In this document: piece by piece, positions 18,078 through 27,845 of the stretch | Numbering within the stretch: position 1 is the first letter of the stretch | How the letters are laid out: the number at the start of each line of letters is the position of its first letter | Assembly: GCF_036389735.1 (NCBI RefSeq) | Contig: NZ_DASVWK010000806.1 | Location: forward strand, 538-64,537 | DNA: 64,000 nucleotides | Origin: Archangium sp. | GTDB lineage: Bacteria; Myxococcota; Myxococcia; Myxococcales; Myxococcaceae | Direction of reading: 5' to 3' | Notes under the pieces: model-generated | Told to the model about the DNA's origin: nothing | What the model saw: only the letters and a program-made list of their open reading frames with translations | The model's database searches: none | Translations under genes and position numbers: made by a program

Positions 18078-20114
18078 GTGTCCGTGTACCTCTTCCGAAG
18101 AATGGCCGCCCTCGCGGCGGTGCTGCTGGCAGGGCTGGCCGGGATGCCCGCAGCCGGCGAGCCGTTGCCGCCTGTCGTCGTTGAGGGAGAGCCTATAGCG
18201 CCCTCGCCCGGGAACCCGGGCACCGGACTGTGCATGTCGTCCAGGGTGTCGACGAGCCCCGCGACGGATTTCCCCCAGAGCGTCGCGACCTTCAGCGGCG
18301 GCATCGACACCTTCCTGGAAACCGCTCCCAGCGCGAGCAATCCCAACGTCCGTTTCACCCAGGTACTGCGGACGCCGCTCGACCTGTCGAACAACAACAG
18401 TTCCGGCCTGCAGTCGAGCTACGGCGACTTCGTGGACGCCATGACGGCTTGGGGCTGCCAGAAGGGCGGTTGCGACCTCTTCCGCAACGACACGAGTACT
18501 TCCTTCGCCTCGCGAATGCGCGGCTACCTGAACGTGACCCCCGAGATGGTGGGGCGCCTGCTGCACTTCGGTCTCTACACCGATGACGCGGCGAGCCTCG
18601 TCATCTTCGACCGGAACGCCAGATTCTACGAGGTCGTGGTCCGGCCGCCGCAGCTTGGTGCCCCAACGTGGCGCACGACCAATAGCGTCACATTCAGGAA
18701 GTCTGGTCTCTACCCGGTCGAGTTTCTCTACGCGGAGATCACCGAGCATGCCGCGCTGGAAGTATCCGTCCTCATCGGCGACTTCGTTGACTTCGAGCGG
18801 ACGGCAAACGACAGCCCCGTGAACTTGCGGTCTAGTGGCTTCACGGTGCTGGAGCCCGCGCGCTTCTTCCAGACGGAGAGCGGGCGCCAGTCGTATCCAG
18901 ACCCGAGTCAGTGCCAGCAGTGCAAGCGCCAGTTCACAAACAGCGCCGGCAACAACGGGTGCGACCCGAGCTACTACTGCAACGGCGCCGCGCTGTGTGC
19001 CCCCTGTGACTCCGCCGCATTCTGCGGCCCGAGCTGCTCGCCCTGCGGTGCCTCCACGCCGCTGTGTCTCAACCGCAACGGCACGTTCACCTGTGTCCAG
19101 TGCTCGGAAGACTCGCAGTGCCCCAACGGCCGCTGCGACCTGAACACCAATGAGTGCCGCGGTTGCAGGACCGACGCGAACTGCCCCAAGGGCGAGTACT
19201 GCGGCGCCGACAACGAGTGTCACGAGTGCACCACGAACGACCATTGTCCCCGTGGTCAGGTCTGCGCCGACAACTCCTGCCAGCCTTGCTCCACCAACGA
19301 CAGCTGCGCGGGCTCCTCCTGCAACTGCTGCCCCGGCGGCCTCAAGTGCGGCTCGCCCGCTCCCGGCGCCTCGCCCTCCTGCGTCGAGTGCACTAACGAC
19401 ACCGAGTGCTCCGACGGCAAGCGCTGCGACATCGCCAACGGTCGCTGCGTGGAGAAGGTCGCCGAGTGCAACACCTCCGAGCGCTGCGGCTCCCAATGCG
19501 CCAAGTGCCCCTCGGACCGCCCCTTCTGCCTCGACGGCCAGGTGTGCGTCGAGTGCCGCTCCGACCTCGAGTGCGGTGACGGCAAGTTCTGCCTCAGTGG
19601 CGAGTGCGCCTCCTGCACCACCGACAAGCGCTGCGGCGAGCGCTGCGAGGCCTGCCCCGGAGAGACGCCCTTCTGCCTCACCGATGGCACCACCGCGGGC
19701 AGCTCCTGCGTGGGCTGCCGCCAGAACGAGGACTGCGGCCCGGGTGGCGCCTGCGACCCCACCACGCGCACGTGCAGTGCCTCCACCTGCTCGGTGACCT
19801 GCACCGAGGGCACCGTGTGCCACGGCGACGCCTGCGTGCAGTGCTTCGCCGATGCCCACTGCCCCTGCGGCGGCACCTGCGACACCGCCACCAACATCTG
19901 CTCCACCTCCTGCGACGCCAGCGACGACTGCCTCGGCGTCCAGCACTGCTCCGCCTCCACCCAGCAGTGTGAGCGCGGCCGCCGCAAGCCCGGCACCGAG
20001 CCCCAGGGTGGCTCCTTCTGCTGTGGCACCACCTCGGGCAGCACTCCCGGCGGCCTCACCCTGCTGCTCCTCGTCGCCGCCTTCCTCGCCCTCCGCCCCC
20101 GACGCGCCGCATGA
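18078..20114 (+). CDS. traA: Outer membrane exchange receptor TraA
   Basis: Signal peptide; PA14-like variable domain (GTGLC...RTPLDLSNN...SYGDFVD...RGYLNV...HFGLYTDD...GLYPVEFLY); many Cys-rich repeats; MYXO-CTERM-like tail GSFCCGTT...[17 protein letters not shown]; immediately upstream of a TraB-type gene. Start may instead be ATG 18102. Confidence 0.9.
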   Translation: MSVYLFRRMAALAAVLLAGLAGMPAAGEPLPPVVVEGEPIAPSPGNPGTGLCMSSRVSTSPATDFPQSVATFSGGIDTFLETAPSASNPNVRFTQVLRTPLDLSNNNSSGLQSSYGDFVDAMTAWGCQKGGCDLFRNDTSTSFASRMRGYLNVTPEMVGRLLHFGLYTDDAASLVIFDRNARFYEVVVRPPQLGAPTWRTTNSVTFRKSGLYPVEFLYAEITEHAALEVSVLIGDFVDFERTANDSPVNLRSSGFTVLEPARFFQTESGRQSYPDPSQCQQCKRQFTNSAGNNGCDPSYYCNGAALCAPCDSAAFCGPSCSPCGASTPLCLNRNGTFTCVQCSEDSQCPNGRCDLNTNECRGCRTDANCPKGEYCGADNECHECTTNDHCPRGQVCADNSCQPCSTNDSCAGSSCNCCPGGLKCGSPAPGASPSCVECTNDTECSDGKRCDIANGRCVEKVAECNTSERCGSQCAKCPSDRPFCLDGQVCVECRSDLECGDGKFCLSGECASCTTDKRCGERCEACPGETPFCLTDGTTAGSSCVGCRQNEDCGPGGACDPTTRTCSASTCSVTCTEGTVCHGDACVQCFADAHCPCGGTCDTATNICSTSCDASDDCLGVQHCSASTQQCERGRRKPGTEPQGGSFCCGTTSGSTPGGLTLLLLVAAFLALRPRRAA

Positions 20115-21817
20115 AGCGCTCCGCCTCCATCGCCCTCGGCCTCGCGCTGGGGCTCTTCACCACTGGGCTCGCCTCCGCCCAGGACGCCCGTTTCGACGTC
20201 CAGGCCTTCCGTCCCCTCGGAGCGCCCCAGGACCTCGTCGTCGTCGGCCAGTCGCGCCCCGTTGGAAACCTGGCCGTCACTGGCGGTGCCTTCCTCAACT
20301 TCGCCCTGGACCCGCTCGTGCTCGTCGCCGCGGGCACCCACTCCAAGGCCCTCAGCGTGGTGGGCAACCGCCTTCAGCTCGACATCATGGCTTCCGTGGG
20401 GCTGCTCGATTGGGTGGAGCTCGGCGTGGACATGCCCCTGGTGCTCGCCCAGGGTTCGGACAACCTGGAGGCCATTGGCACCGAGGGCTTCGTCCAGTCC
20501 TTCGTCCCGGGTGACCTGCGTCTCACCGCCAAGGTCGCCCTCCCCGGCCTTCGCCGCACCGCCGGGGGCTCTGGCCTGGGCGCCTCCCTTACCTTCGGCC
20601 TTGGCCTGCCCACCGGCATCCAGGAGGCCTTCACCAGCGATGGAGAGGTCACCTACACGCCCGGCCTCGTGGTGGACTACCGCTTCGGCTCGGGCATGCT
20701 CCTGGCCCTCAACACCGGCTTCTGGCTACGCCCGGAGCGCCAGTTCGCTGGCGTCCAGTGGGGCAACTCCGCCACCTTCGGACTCGGCGCCGAGGTGCCC
20801 ATCCTGCGCAGTCGCGGCATCTTCGCCGTGGGCATGCTCTCTGGCAGCACCCCGCTCGACAAGCTCCCCACCAGCACCCAGCAGATTCCCGCCGAGCTCC
20901 TCCTCGGCTTGCGCTGGTACAACACCGCCACCGGCCTTACCTTCACCGTCGGAGGCGGCGGGGGTTGTGGCTGCTCGCTGACAGCTCCCACCCTGCGCCT
21001 CTTCAGCTCCGTCATCTGGGGAGATCGTTCCAAGCTCAAGGACTTCGAGCGCCCTCCGGAGCCTCCCGTGGACCCGGATTTCGACTCCGTCATCGGCAAG
21101 GGCGACCGCTGCCCGTCCGTGGCCGGCCTCGTGGAGAACGGCGGCTGCCCCGACACGGACTCGGATGGGGATACCGTGGTGGACCGTCTCGACCAATGCC
21201 CTGTCCAGGCCGGTTCGGCGCAATTCGGCGGCTGTCCGGACCCGGACGAGGACGGCGATGCCCTGGTGGACCGGCTCGATCGCTGCCCCACCGTCGCTCA
21301 AGGCCCGCGGGGCCAGGACGGCTGCCCGTTCGCGCACATCAAGGGCAACAAGATCCTCATCCTGGACCAGGTCCACTTCGCTACCGACCAGGACATCATC
21401 CTCCCCGAGTCCTTCCCCATCCTCGAGGAGGTGGCCGAGGTGATGCTGGATCACTCGGAGATCCAGCGCGTGCTCGTCGAGGCCCACACGGACGCGCGGG
21501 CCAGCGATGCGTACAACTACGACCTGTCGCGCCGCCGCGCCGCCAGCGTGATGAACTTCCTCCTCGATAGCGGCATCGCCGTGGAGCGCCTGTGTTCCGC
21601 CGGCTTCGGTCGCAGCCGCCCCGTGGCGGGCAACGAGAACCGGAACGAGAGTGAGATGGCGGCGAACCGGCGCATCGAGTTCACCATCCAGCCGCCCGTC
21701 AAGGGACCGCCGCCGCCCTGCCCGCCGGACCCGGCCGCCGGGTTTGTCCCGCCCGTGGGGAGCAAGGCCAAGCGCTCGCTGCCCTCGGAGCGCAAGGCCA
21801 CCGTGACGCCTCCCTAG
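20111..21817 (+). CDS. traB: Outer membrane exchange protein TraB (beta-barrel, TSP3 repeats, OmpA C-terminal domain)
   Basis: ATGA overlap with traA; signal peptide; beta-barrel N-terminus; DxDGDxVVDRLDxCP repeats; VHFATD...EAHTDARASDAYNYDLSRRRA...GFG...NRRIEF OmpA domain. Confidence 0.9.
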   Translation: MKRSASIALGLALGLFTTGLASAQDARFDVQAFRPLGAPQDLVVVGQSRPVGNLAVTGGAFLNFALDPLVLVAAGTHSKALSVVGNRLQLDIMASVGLLDWVELGVDMPLVLAQGSDNLEAIGTEGFVQSFVPGDLRLTAKVALPGLRRTAGGSGLGASLTFGLGLPTGIQEAFTSDGEVTYTPGLVVDYRFGSGMLLALNTGFWLRPERQFAGVQWGNSATFGLGAEVPILRSRGIFAVGMLSGSTPLDKLPTSTQQIPAELLLGLRWYNTATGLTFTVGGGGGCGCSLTAPTLRLFSSVIWGDRSKLKDFERPPEPPVDPDFDSVIGKGDRCPSVAGLVENGGCPDTDSDGDTVVDRLDQCPVQAGSAQFGGCPDPDEDGDALVDRLDRCPTVAQGPRGQDGCPFAHIKGNKILILDQVHFATDQDIILPESFPILEEVAEVMLDHSEIQRVLVEAHTDARASDAYNYDLSRRRAASVMNFLLDSGIAVERLCSAGFGRSRPVAGNENRNESEMAANRRIEFTIQPPVKGPPPPCPPDPAAGFVPPVGSKAKRSLPSERKATVTPP

Positions 21818-21860
21818 AGGAGAGCGCCTCGGCGGCCAGGGGTGAAGCGAAGCGCGGGCC

Positions 21861-22709
21861 TTAGCGGCCCGCCGTCTTGACCTCGAAGACGACCTCGGCG
21901 GCCGCCTTGCGCCGACCCGCGGTGGCCGTCACCACCGTGCGACCCGGCCCCACCGCCGTCACCTGCCCGGTGGGGGACACCGTCGCCACCGTCCAGTCCG
22001 AGCTGAACCAGGACACGGGCACGTCGCTCAAGGCAATGCCCCGGCCGTTGAACGTCTTGGCGCGCAGCTGAAGCTGCTGCCCCGGCTTGGCGAAGACGAG
22101 GTGCGTGGGCTCCACCTCCACCCGCGCGAAGTCCGAGCGCACCACCTGTACCTGGAGGTTGCGGCTCAGCGGCGGCACGGTCGCGGTGACGGTGGCCCGC
22201 CCGGGCGCCACGCCCACCAGCCGCCCGTTCTCCACCTTCGCCACGGACTCGTCGCTGGACTTCCACGCCGGCGGCACGTCCACCAGCGGCTTGCCCAGCT
22301 CGTTCTTCACCACCGCGGAGATGGGGATGGAGTTGCCCGCCAACAGGAAGTCCGCCCCGTCCACCCGGATGTCCACCACGCTCGGGATGGACACCTGCAC
22401 CTCCAGCTGCGCCCGGGCCTTGCCCGCCGCCGCGGCGATGGTCGCCTTGCCGGACCGGCGCGCCACCACCACGCCGTCCTCCACCGACGCGACATCCGGC
22501 GCCGAGCTCACCCAGCGCAGCTTCGGGTTCTCCACCGGCTGGCCCTTCGCATCGAGCGCCACGGCCCGCACCACCACCGACTCACCGGAGGCGTGCAGGG
22601 GCCGCGTCTCCGGAATGGAGAGCGTGAGCGAGTCCGGAGCCGAGCGGCAGGCGCCCAGCACCAGGGCGGACGCGAGGAGCAACGAGCGGGAGGAAGGGAA
22701 GCGAGTCAC
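21861..22709 (-). CDS. Lipoprotein with three bacterial Ig-like (Big_2) domains
   Basis: Lipobox VLGAC; three W-x-SS-x-x-x-VA-x-V...G-x-V...G-x-[AT]T repeats. Confidence 0.85.
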   Translation of the reverse strand: MTRFPSSRSLLLASALVLGACRSAPDSLTLSIPETRPLHASGESVVVRAVALDAKGQPVENPKLRWVSSAPDVASVEDGVVVARRSGKATIAAAAGKARAQLEVQVSIPSVVDIRVDGADFLLAGNSIPISAVVKNELGKPLVDVPPAWKSSDESVAKVENGRLVGVAPGRATVTATVPPLSRNLQVQVVRSDFARVEVEPTHLVFAKPGQQLQLRAKTFNGRGIALSDVPVSWFSSDWTVATVSPTGQVTAVGPGRTVVTATAGRRKAAAEVVFEVKTAGR

Positions 22710-22800
22710 GGCGGTAGGGGGACCAGACGGGCAAACGAGGGTGCCTGCCCAACAGAGGCGCGAGAAACTCTATTTCGTTACGGCCCACGCGCCACCATTC

Positions 22801-22842
22801 GCCCGCCCGCCGCTCCCACCCGAGCCTGGAGGGCGGGCGGGC
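22801..22842. repeat. 11-bp inverted repeat in a divergent intergenic region
   Basis: GCCCGCCCGCC (22801-22811) and GGCGGGCGGGC (22832-22842), 20-nt spacer. Confidence 0.4.
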
Positions 22843-22919
22843 GGCCCTCGGACAAGTCCCTCCGGGCGAGGCTGGACGCGGGGCCCGGGCCTGCTCACGG
22901 TGAGAGGCAGGACCCGACC

Positions 22920-23687
22920 TTGATTCACAACGCCTTCACACTCCTGTCCCTCCTGCCGCCGCGCCCCCGCCGGGCCGCCGTGCGCAAGCTGATGGACACC
23001 GTCTGGGACTTCCGCACCACCCAGGAGGTCCTCGGCAAGGAGCACCTCCCGGACGAGCCCTGCCTCTTCATCTGCAACCACCTCTCCAACGCGGATGGCT
23101 TCACGCTCGCCCGGGCCCTGCGGCCCCGGCGGGTGTTCTTCCTCGCCGGCATCAAGCTCCAGGACACCGTGATGACCCGGCTCGGCACCGAGGCGGTGGA
23201 CACCATCTTCATCCGCCCCAACTCGGCGGACACCGAGCCCCTCAAGCGCGCGGTGGAAATGCTCAAGTCGGGCCAGTCCGTCCTCATCTTCCCCGAGGGT
23301 GGCCGCAGCCGAACGGGCGCGCTCATCCAGGCCAAGAAGGGCGCCTCGCTCATCGCCCGGCGGGCGGGCGTCCCCATCGTCCCCGTCGCCCTCACCGGTA
23401 CCGAGCGCTTCATGCCCATCGATGACCGGAACATGGGCCGGGAGAAGGTACGTCGGGCCCACCTCACCGTCCGCTTCGGCCGGCCCTTTCGCATCGAGGA
23501 GCTCGAGGCGGAGATCTCCGGCGCCGAGGACCCGCGCCAGGCCCTCACCGATGCGATGATGCGGCGCGTGGCGGAGCTGCTGCCCCCGGAGTACCGCGGC
23601 GCCTACGCCAGCCCCGACGAGCCCGCCTCCCACGAGGACTCTCCGGCGTTTTCGGGGGCGGAGCTTCCCTCCGAGCCCGCCCGCTGA
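22920..23687 (+). CDS. Lysophospholipid acyltransferase (PlsC family)
   Basis: NHLSNAD (HX4D) and FPEGGRS motifs; probable TTG start at 22920; the long upstream part of ORF 22101 is a shadow. Confidence 0.85.
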   Translation: MIHNAFTLLSLLPPRPRRAAVRKLMDTVWDFRTTQEVLGKEHLPDEPCLFICNHLSNADGFTLARALRPRRVFFLAGIKLQDTVMTRLGTEAVDTIFIRPNSADTEPLKRAVEMLKSGQSVLIFPEGGRSRTGALIQAKKGASLIARRAGVPIVPVALTGTERFMPIDDRNMGREKVRRAHLTVRFGRPFRIEELEAEISGAEDPRQALTDAMMRRVAELLPPEYRGAYASPDEPASHEDSPAFSGAELPSEPAR

Positions 23688-23691
23688 GCCC

Positions 23692-25374
23692 TCACTCCCC
23701 GGCGTGCCACTGGAGGAGGCTGCGCGAGCCACTCGGCGCGAAGCTCAACGGCGGGAGGTAGAGCCCCAACCGCTCGCGCTTCCACCAGGCCCCCGTGCGC
23801 CGGTACGTCTCCAGGTCCGTCATCCGGTAGTCATGGAGGACGGCGCGCATGTAGCGCGGCGGGTGCTCCGGGAAGGGATTGCGCGCGAAGAGCTTCAGCA
23901 CTTCCGGCGAGCCCTCCAACAGCCGCACCACCAGCGCCAGCATCCAGCTCGGCGGCGAGCCCAGCGCGGCGAACCACATCTGCCAGTCCAATCGGGGCTG
24001 GTGCGGCGCCACCTGCCTCGGCGCCCGGTGGGGATCGCTCACCTTGTAGCGGAAGGTGTACTCCCGCCACGTCTCGCCATCGTCGGAGCCCTCGAGGGAG
24101 ATTTCCGGCCGGCGCACCGTCATCACCGCGAAGAGGCCATAGGGATTCACGATGCGCAGCGGGCGGACCCGCATCTCCAGCCAGCTCAGCCAGCGTGGCG
24201 TGAGGGAGCGGTCCAAGCGGGAGACAAGCTCGTTCACCCCGAGGGCCAGGAGCGGCGCGGCGGGCAACCACGCCCCCACCGTGCGCCACACGGGCCGGGG
24301 CTCGGTGGGCGGCGGGCGCGAGCGCGGCAGGACGCGCCCGAGGGCCTCGTCATCCAGCAGCCACAGGCCCAGCACCAGTGACTGCACATTGAAGAAGCCG
24401 TAGTTGCCCGTGGCGATGATGAGCCCCTGGAGCCCGGAGAAGAACCCGAAGGCCGCGAGCCGCAGCCGTCTCGGGGCGAAGGCGAGGAAGGGGCCCACCG
24501 TCTCCAGCACCAGCACCGAGAGCGTGGAGAGCTTCTGAAGCCGCTGGGGCAGGTGGTGCGCGTACCAGCCCCCGCGCGTGGGGAGCGGTGCCGTCTCGTA
24601 GTAGTGGGTGCAGGCAGTGAGCTGGCGCCACGTCTTGTCGCCGGACTTCAGCTTGGCCACGCCAGCGCCGAAATAGAGGCGGAAGACGAGCGCGCGCCAC
24701 AGCGCCACCTGGGCCGCGGAGGGCTCGTGCCGCCCCGCCCCCGGCCGCAGTCCCGCCGGCGCGGTGAGGATGCCGAGCAGCCCCATCTCCGTCAGCAGCA
24801 CGTCCCACTGGAAGGAGAGGAACTCGCGCCCCGCCGCCGTATAGGAGAGGTAGAGGGCCCACAGCGCCGTCAGCGAGGCCTGGGGCGCGATGCCCGACAT
24901 CACCGCCACGGACAGCACCTGGCCCGCGCGGATGCCACGCACCAGCGTCTCGTCCGACGCGTCCACCCAGAAGAGCGAGGGCACCAACTGGAAGCGCTCG
25001 CGCCCCAGCGCGGCCAGCCGCTTCGAGGAGAAGAGCTCGTTCATCGGCAGCACGCCGCGCGAGCCGTAGAGCCCCTTCACCTGCTTTCCCAGCGAGGTGA
25101 AGGCGATGAGATAGACGCCACCCAGCGCGCGGAGGAACACCTGGCGCACGAGCCGGTGGTGCGGAGGCTCCACCGAGCGCTCCCGGAGGAACCGGGCCAC
25201 GTTCCGCACCCGCGTCCGCCTCGGGGCGAGGACGAGGGACGCCACCCGCGCCGCCTGCAGCAGGGCCCGGACCCGGAATCGCCTCCGCCGCACCAGCCGT
25301 CGGGGAACTCGAGCAGACAAGTAACCGAGCACCCGGATGGCCGCCTGGGCTCCCTTCGAGCGGATACCGCGCAT
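23692..25374 (-). CDS. Lipase maturation factor (LMF) family membrane protein
   Basis: ATG after AGGAGGAG; FLRALGGVYLIAFTS, FLSFQWDVLLTE, HYYETAPLP, TGNYGFFN, NPYGLFAVMT, PHQPRLDWQMWFAAL motifs. Confidence 0.9.
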   Translation of the reverse strand: MRGIRSKGAQAAIRVLGYLSARVPRRLVRRRRFRVRALLQAARVASLVLAPRRTRVRNVARFLRERSVEPPHHRLVRQVFLRALGGVYLIAFTSLGKQVKGLYGSRGVLPMNELFSSKRLAALGRERFQLVPSLFWVDASDETLVRGIRAGQVLSVAVMSGIAPQASLTALWALYLSYTAAGREFLSFQWDVLLTEMGLLGILTAPAGLRPGAGRHEPSAAQVALWRALVFRLYFGAGVAKLKSGDKTWRQLTACTHYYETAPLPTRGGWYAHHLPQRLQKLSTLSVLVLETVGPFLAFAPRRLRLAAFGFFSGLQGLIIATGNYGFFNVQSLVLGLWLLDDEALGRVLPRSRPPPTEPRPVWRTVGAWLPAAPLLALGVNELVSRLDRSLTPRWLSWLEMRVRPLRIVNPYGLFAVMTVRRPEISLEGSDDGETWREYTFRYKVSDPHRAPRQVAPHQPRLDWQMWFAALGSPPSWMLALVVRLLEGSPEVLKLFARNPFPEHPPRYMRAVLHDYRMTDLETYRRTGAWWKRERLGLYLPPLSFAPSGSRSLLQWHAGE

Positions 25375-25505
25375 GAGGCTCCTCCTGACCCTGGAAACTG
25401 GGCGCACCCGGAGCGGGGTGCCGTTGAGGGCCCGTCCCTCGGCCTGGAAGCGCCCGAGCAACCGGGCCCCCACACCTCCTCACAACCGGTGCCTAATTTT
25501 CCTCC

Positions 25506-26159
25506 ATGAGCGAGCCCAAGGAACGAGCCGACCGTACGGTGCAGGTGCTTCCCGGCATCCACCGATGGAGCGTCCGGGATGACCGCATCGGCGGCGTGGA
25601 CAGCGAGGCCTATGCCGTGGTGGCCGAGGACGGCGCCGTCACCCTCATCGACCCCCTCCCCATTGACGAGAAAGCGCTGCGGAAGCTGGGCCGGGTGGAG
25701 GCCATCGTGCTCACCTCCGGCAACCACCAACGAGCGGCCTGGCACTTCCGCAAGCTGTTCGGCGCTCCCGTCTGGGTCCCGCAGCAGGCGTACGGCCTGG
25801 AGGACAACCCCGACGCCACCTACGGCGCCGGTGACAACCTCCCCGGCGGCCTCGTGGCCTACCACACGCCCGGCCCCGCCATCGCCATGTACGCCCTCTG
25901 GCTGGAGCGGCCCCGGAGGGTCATCTTCCTCTCCGACCTCCTCACCCACCTCGACGAGGGCACCCCGCGCTTCGTGGACAGCCAATACCAGGACGACCCC
26001 GCGCGCACCCGGATGAGCATCCAGCGCATCCTCGACCACCTGCCCCTCGAGGTGCTCTGCTTCGCGCACGGCAGCCCCATCCTCAGCGATGGCGCCACCG
26101 CGCTCCGGCGCGCCCTGGACGAGGACACCGAGGCCCCCGCCCCCGCCGAGCCCATCTAA
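25506..26159 (+). CDS. MBL-fold metallo-hydrolase (degenerate motif)
   Basis: LIDP, IVLTSGNHQR, HTPG, FLSD, LCFAHG motifs. Confidence 0.75.
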   Translation: MSEPKERADRTVQVLPGIHRWSVRDDRIGGVDSEAYAVVAEDGAVTLIDPLPIDEKALRKLGRVEAIVLTSGNHQRAAWHFRKLFGAPVWVPQQAYGLEDNPDATYGAGDNLPGGLVAYHTPGPAIAMYALWLERPRRVIFLSDLLTHLDEGTPRFVDSQYQDDPARTRMSIQRILDHLPLEVLCFAHGSPILSDGATALRRALDEDTEAPAPAEPI

Positions 26160-26396
26160 CCGCCCGACTTCATCCCCGCGTCCAGGCGGCAGCTCACGGA
26201 CAGGGACAGCACCACCTCGTCCACCGACACCGCCTGCTGCGTCACCGGGCCGGGCGGCTCGCAGTTGACGACTTGAAGCGGAGCGCGCTCGGACTGGGCC
26301 AGGGACATGAACGACCGGGCGCGCTCCACCCAGCGCTTCGAGGTGGGCCTCACGCTCAACGTGCTCTGCCGCCTCGATGTGGTGCGAGCCCCCTGA
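26156..26396. pseudogene. Back-to-back 3' remnants of two paralogous genes (deletion scar)
   Basis: Minus strand ends ...EVVLSLSVSCRLDAGMKSGG* (stop 26156) and plus strand ends ...EVGLTLNVLCRLDVVRAP* (stop 26396); 9/13 aa and 28/40 nt identical. Confidence 0.55.
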
Positions 26397-26411
26397 CCCT
26401 CTCCCGGCCCG

Positions 26412-27689
26412 TCAGTCCACCCGGAGCACGGCGACGTCGGGCTCGACCTTCCTCGCCGGCCCCGGCACCACGGCCAGCTCCCCCTGCTTCACCGCGCACG
26501 TGGCCTCCTGGGGGTGCACCACGCGCACGGAGTTGAGCGTCTCGGGCCGGCCGAACTTCACCAGACTGGTGGCGAGCATCAGCTCCTGCTTCTTGCCGCT
26601 GTCACTATCGCTGTAGACGACGCTGATGCCCTTGAAGGGCATGGGCAGCTTCACCTTCACCTGGTAGCCCTTCTTGCCGGGCAGCTCGGCGCGCTCGACA
26701 CCCAGCGGCTGCTTCGGCGAGCCGAAGGCGGGGAACACCTTCCCGTCCACGAGGCGGATGCCCCACTGCACCGGCAACTGCTCCTTCGCGGGCTTGCCGC
26801 AGCCGGTGAGATCCTCGGGCGCATGCGGGGCCAGCCACAGCTCCAGGTGGTCATCGTTGAGCCACTTCGCGCTCGGGCCCGTCCACTTGTCGTCGCGGAC
26901 CTCGACGAGCAGCGTGTCCGATGCCACCAGCAGCGCCTTCAGCGCCGCGTCCTTCGGATCATCCTGGTTGCCCAGCAGGAAGTGGCCCGACTCGAGGGCA
27001 CACGTGCCGAGCCCGGCCTGCTTCCACCCCTCCTGGAGGAAGCCCCTCTCCACCTGCACCTGGGGCAGGTACGGCAGGGTCCGCTCGCCAGGCGAGGACT
27101 CCCCCGACTCGCAGTCGGGAGCGGCGCGGATCACCTCGCCGCGCAGCCCGTCGAAGTCCCAGAAGTCACCGTCCTCCTTCACCTCGCCGCTCGCGGAGGC
27201 GGAGGAGGTGCGCTGGCTTTCGTTCATCAACTGGAGGGGCGAGAGCCGCAGCGTGCGCGTGGTGCTCCACTTCTCGCGGCTGCCGCCCGTCCGCTCGTGG
27301 GTGAACTGGTTGTCGCTCACCGTCACCGTGTCCTCGCCCACGCCCGCGGCGCCATAGCCGTCGTTGCACACGGACAGCAGGAGCTGGGCGGGCCGCGGCG
27401 GGGCCACCAGCCACCACTCGGAGGCCTCGCACTCGCCCTCCGCCCGCGAGCCCGTCGCCTTGCGGCCTCCCGGGCCGAACTTGCGTCCCAGCGACTGGCC
27501 CGCTGTGTCAATGCCCACCCAGCCGAGGTTCAGGTGCTTCACTTGAAGCGCCTGACCCCGCGCGTCCTTGCCCGCATCGAGCGTTTCCACGACGCGACAG
27601 GGCTCGCGCTTCGCGCAGAGCGGATCCGAGGAAGAGGCGGGCGGAGCACCCAGGAGGCAGAGCAGCAACACGGCGGGGGTCACGTTCAT
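26412..27689 (-). CDS. Secreted hypothetical protein, possible C-terminal DOMON/CBM9-like domain
   Basis: Signal peptide; LLVEVRDD...WLNDDHLELWL...YQVKVKLP pattern. Confidence 0.7.
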   Translation of the reverse strand: MNVTPAVLLLCLLGAPPASSSDPLCAKREPCRVVETLDAGKDARGQALQVKHLNLGWVGIDTAGQSLGRKFGPGGRKATGSRAEGECEASEWWLVAPPRPAQLLLSVCNDGYGAAGVGEDTVTVSDNQFTHERTGGSREKWSTTRTLRLSPLQLMNESQRTSSASASGEVKEDGDFWDFDGLRGEVIRAAPDCESGESSPGERTLPYLPQVQVERGFLQEGWKQAGLGTCALESGHFLLGNQDDPKDAALKALLVASDTLLVEVRDDKWTGPSAKWLNDDHLELWLAPHAPEDLTGCGKPAKEQLPVQWGIRLVDGKVFPAFGSPKQPLGVERAELPGKKGYQVKVKLPMPFKGISVVYSDSDSGKKQELMLATSLVKFGRPETLNSVRVVHPQEATCAVKQGELAVVPGPARKVEPDVAVLRVD

Positions 27690-27845
27690 GGCGCGACAGC
27701 TTGCACCAGCCGGTAGGCCGGATTGAATCTTCTGTCGTGCCCGCCCCTCTGGGTAATTGACGGGCGAGCGGCCGCTCTCGAAGAAACTGGCTCTTGTAGG
27801 GAGTTGAAACAGACGCCATCCCCCCGACGTCAGGAGAAGTCATTG

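Noticed and set aside
22101-22919. Long N-terminal extension of the acyltransferase
   Set aside because: Overlaps the Ig-domain lipoprotein antisense; recognisable PlsC sequence begins near 22920.
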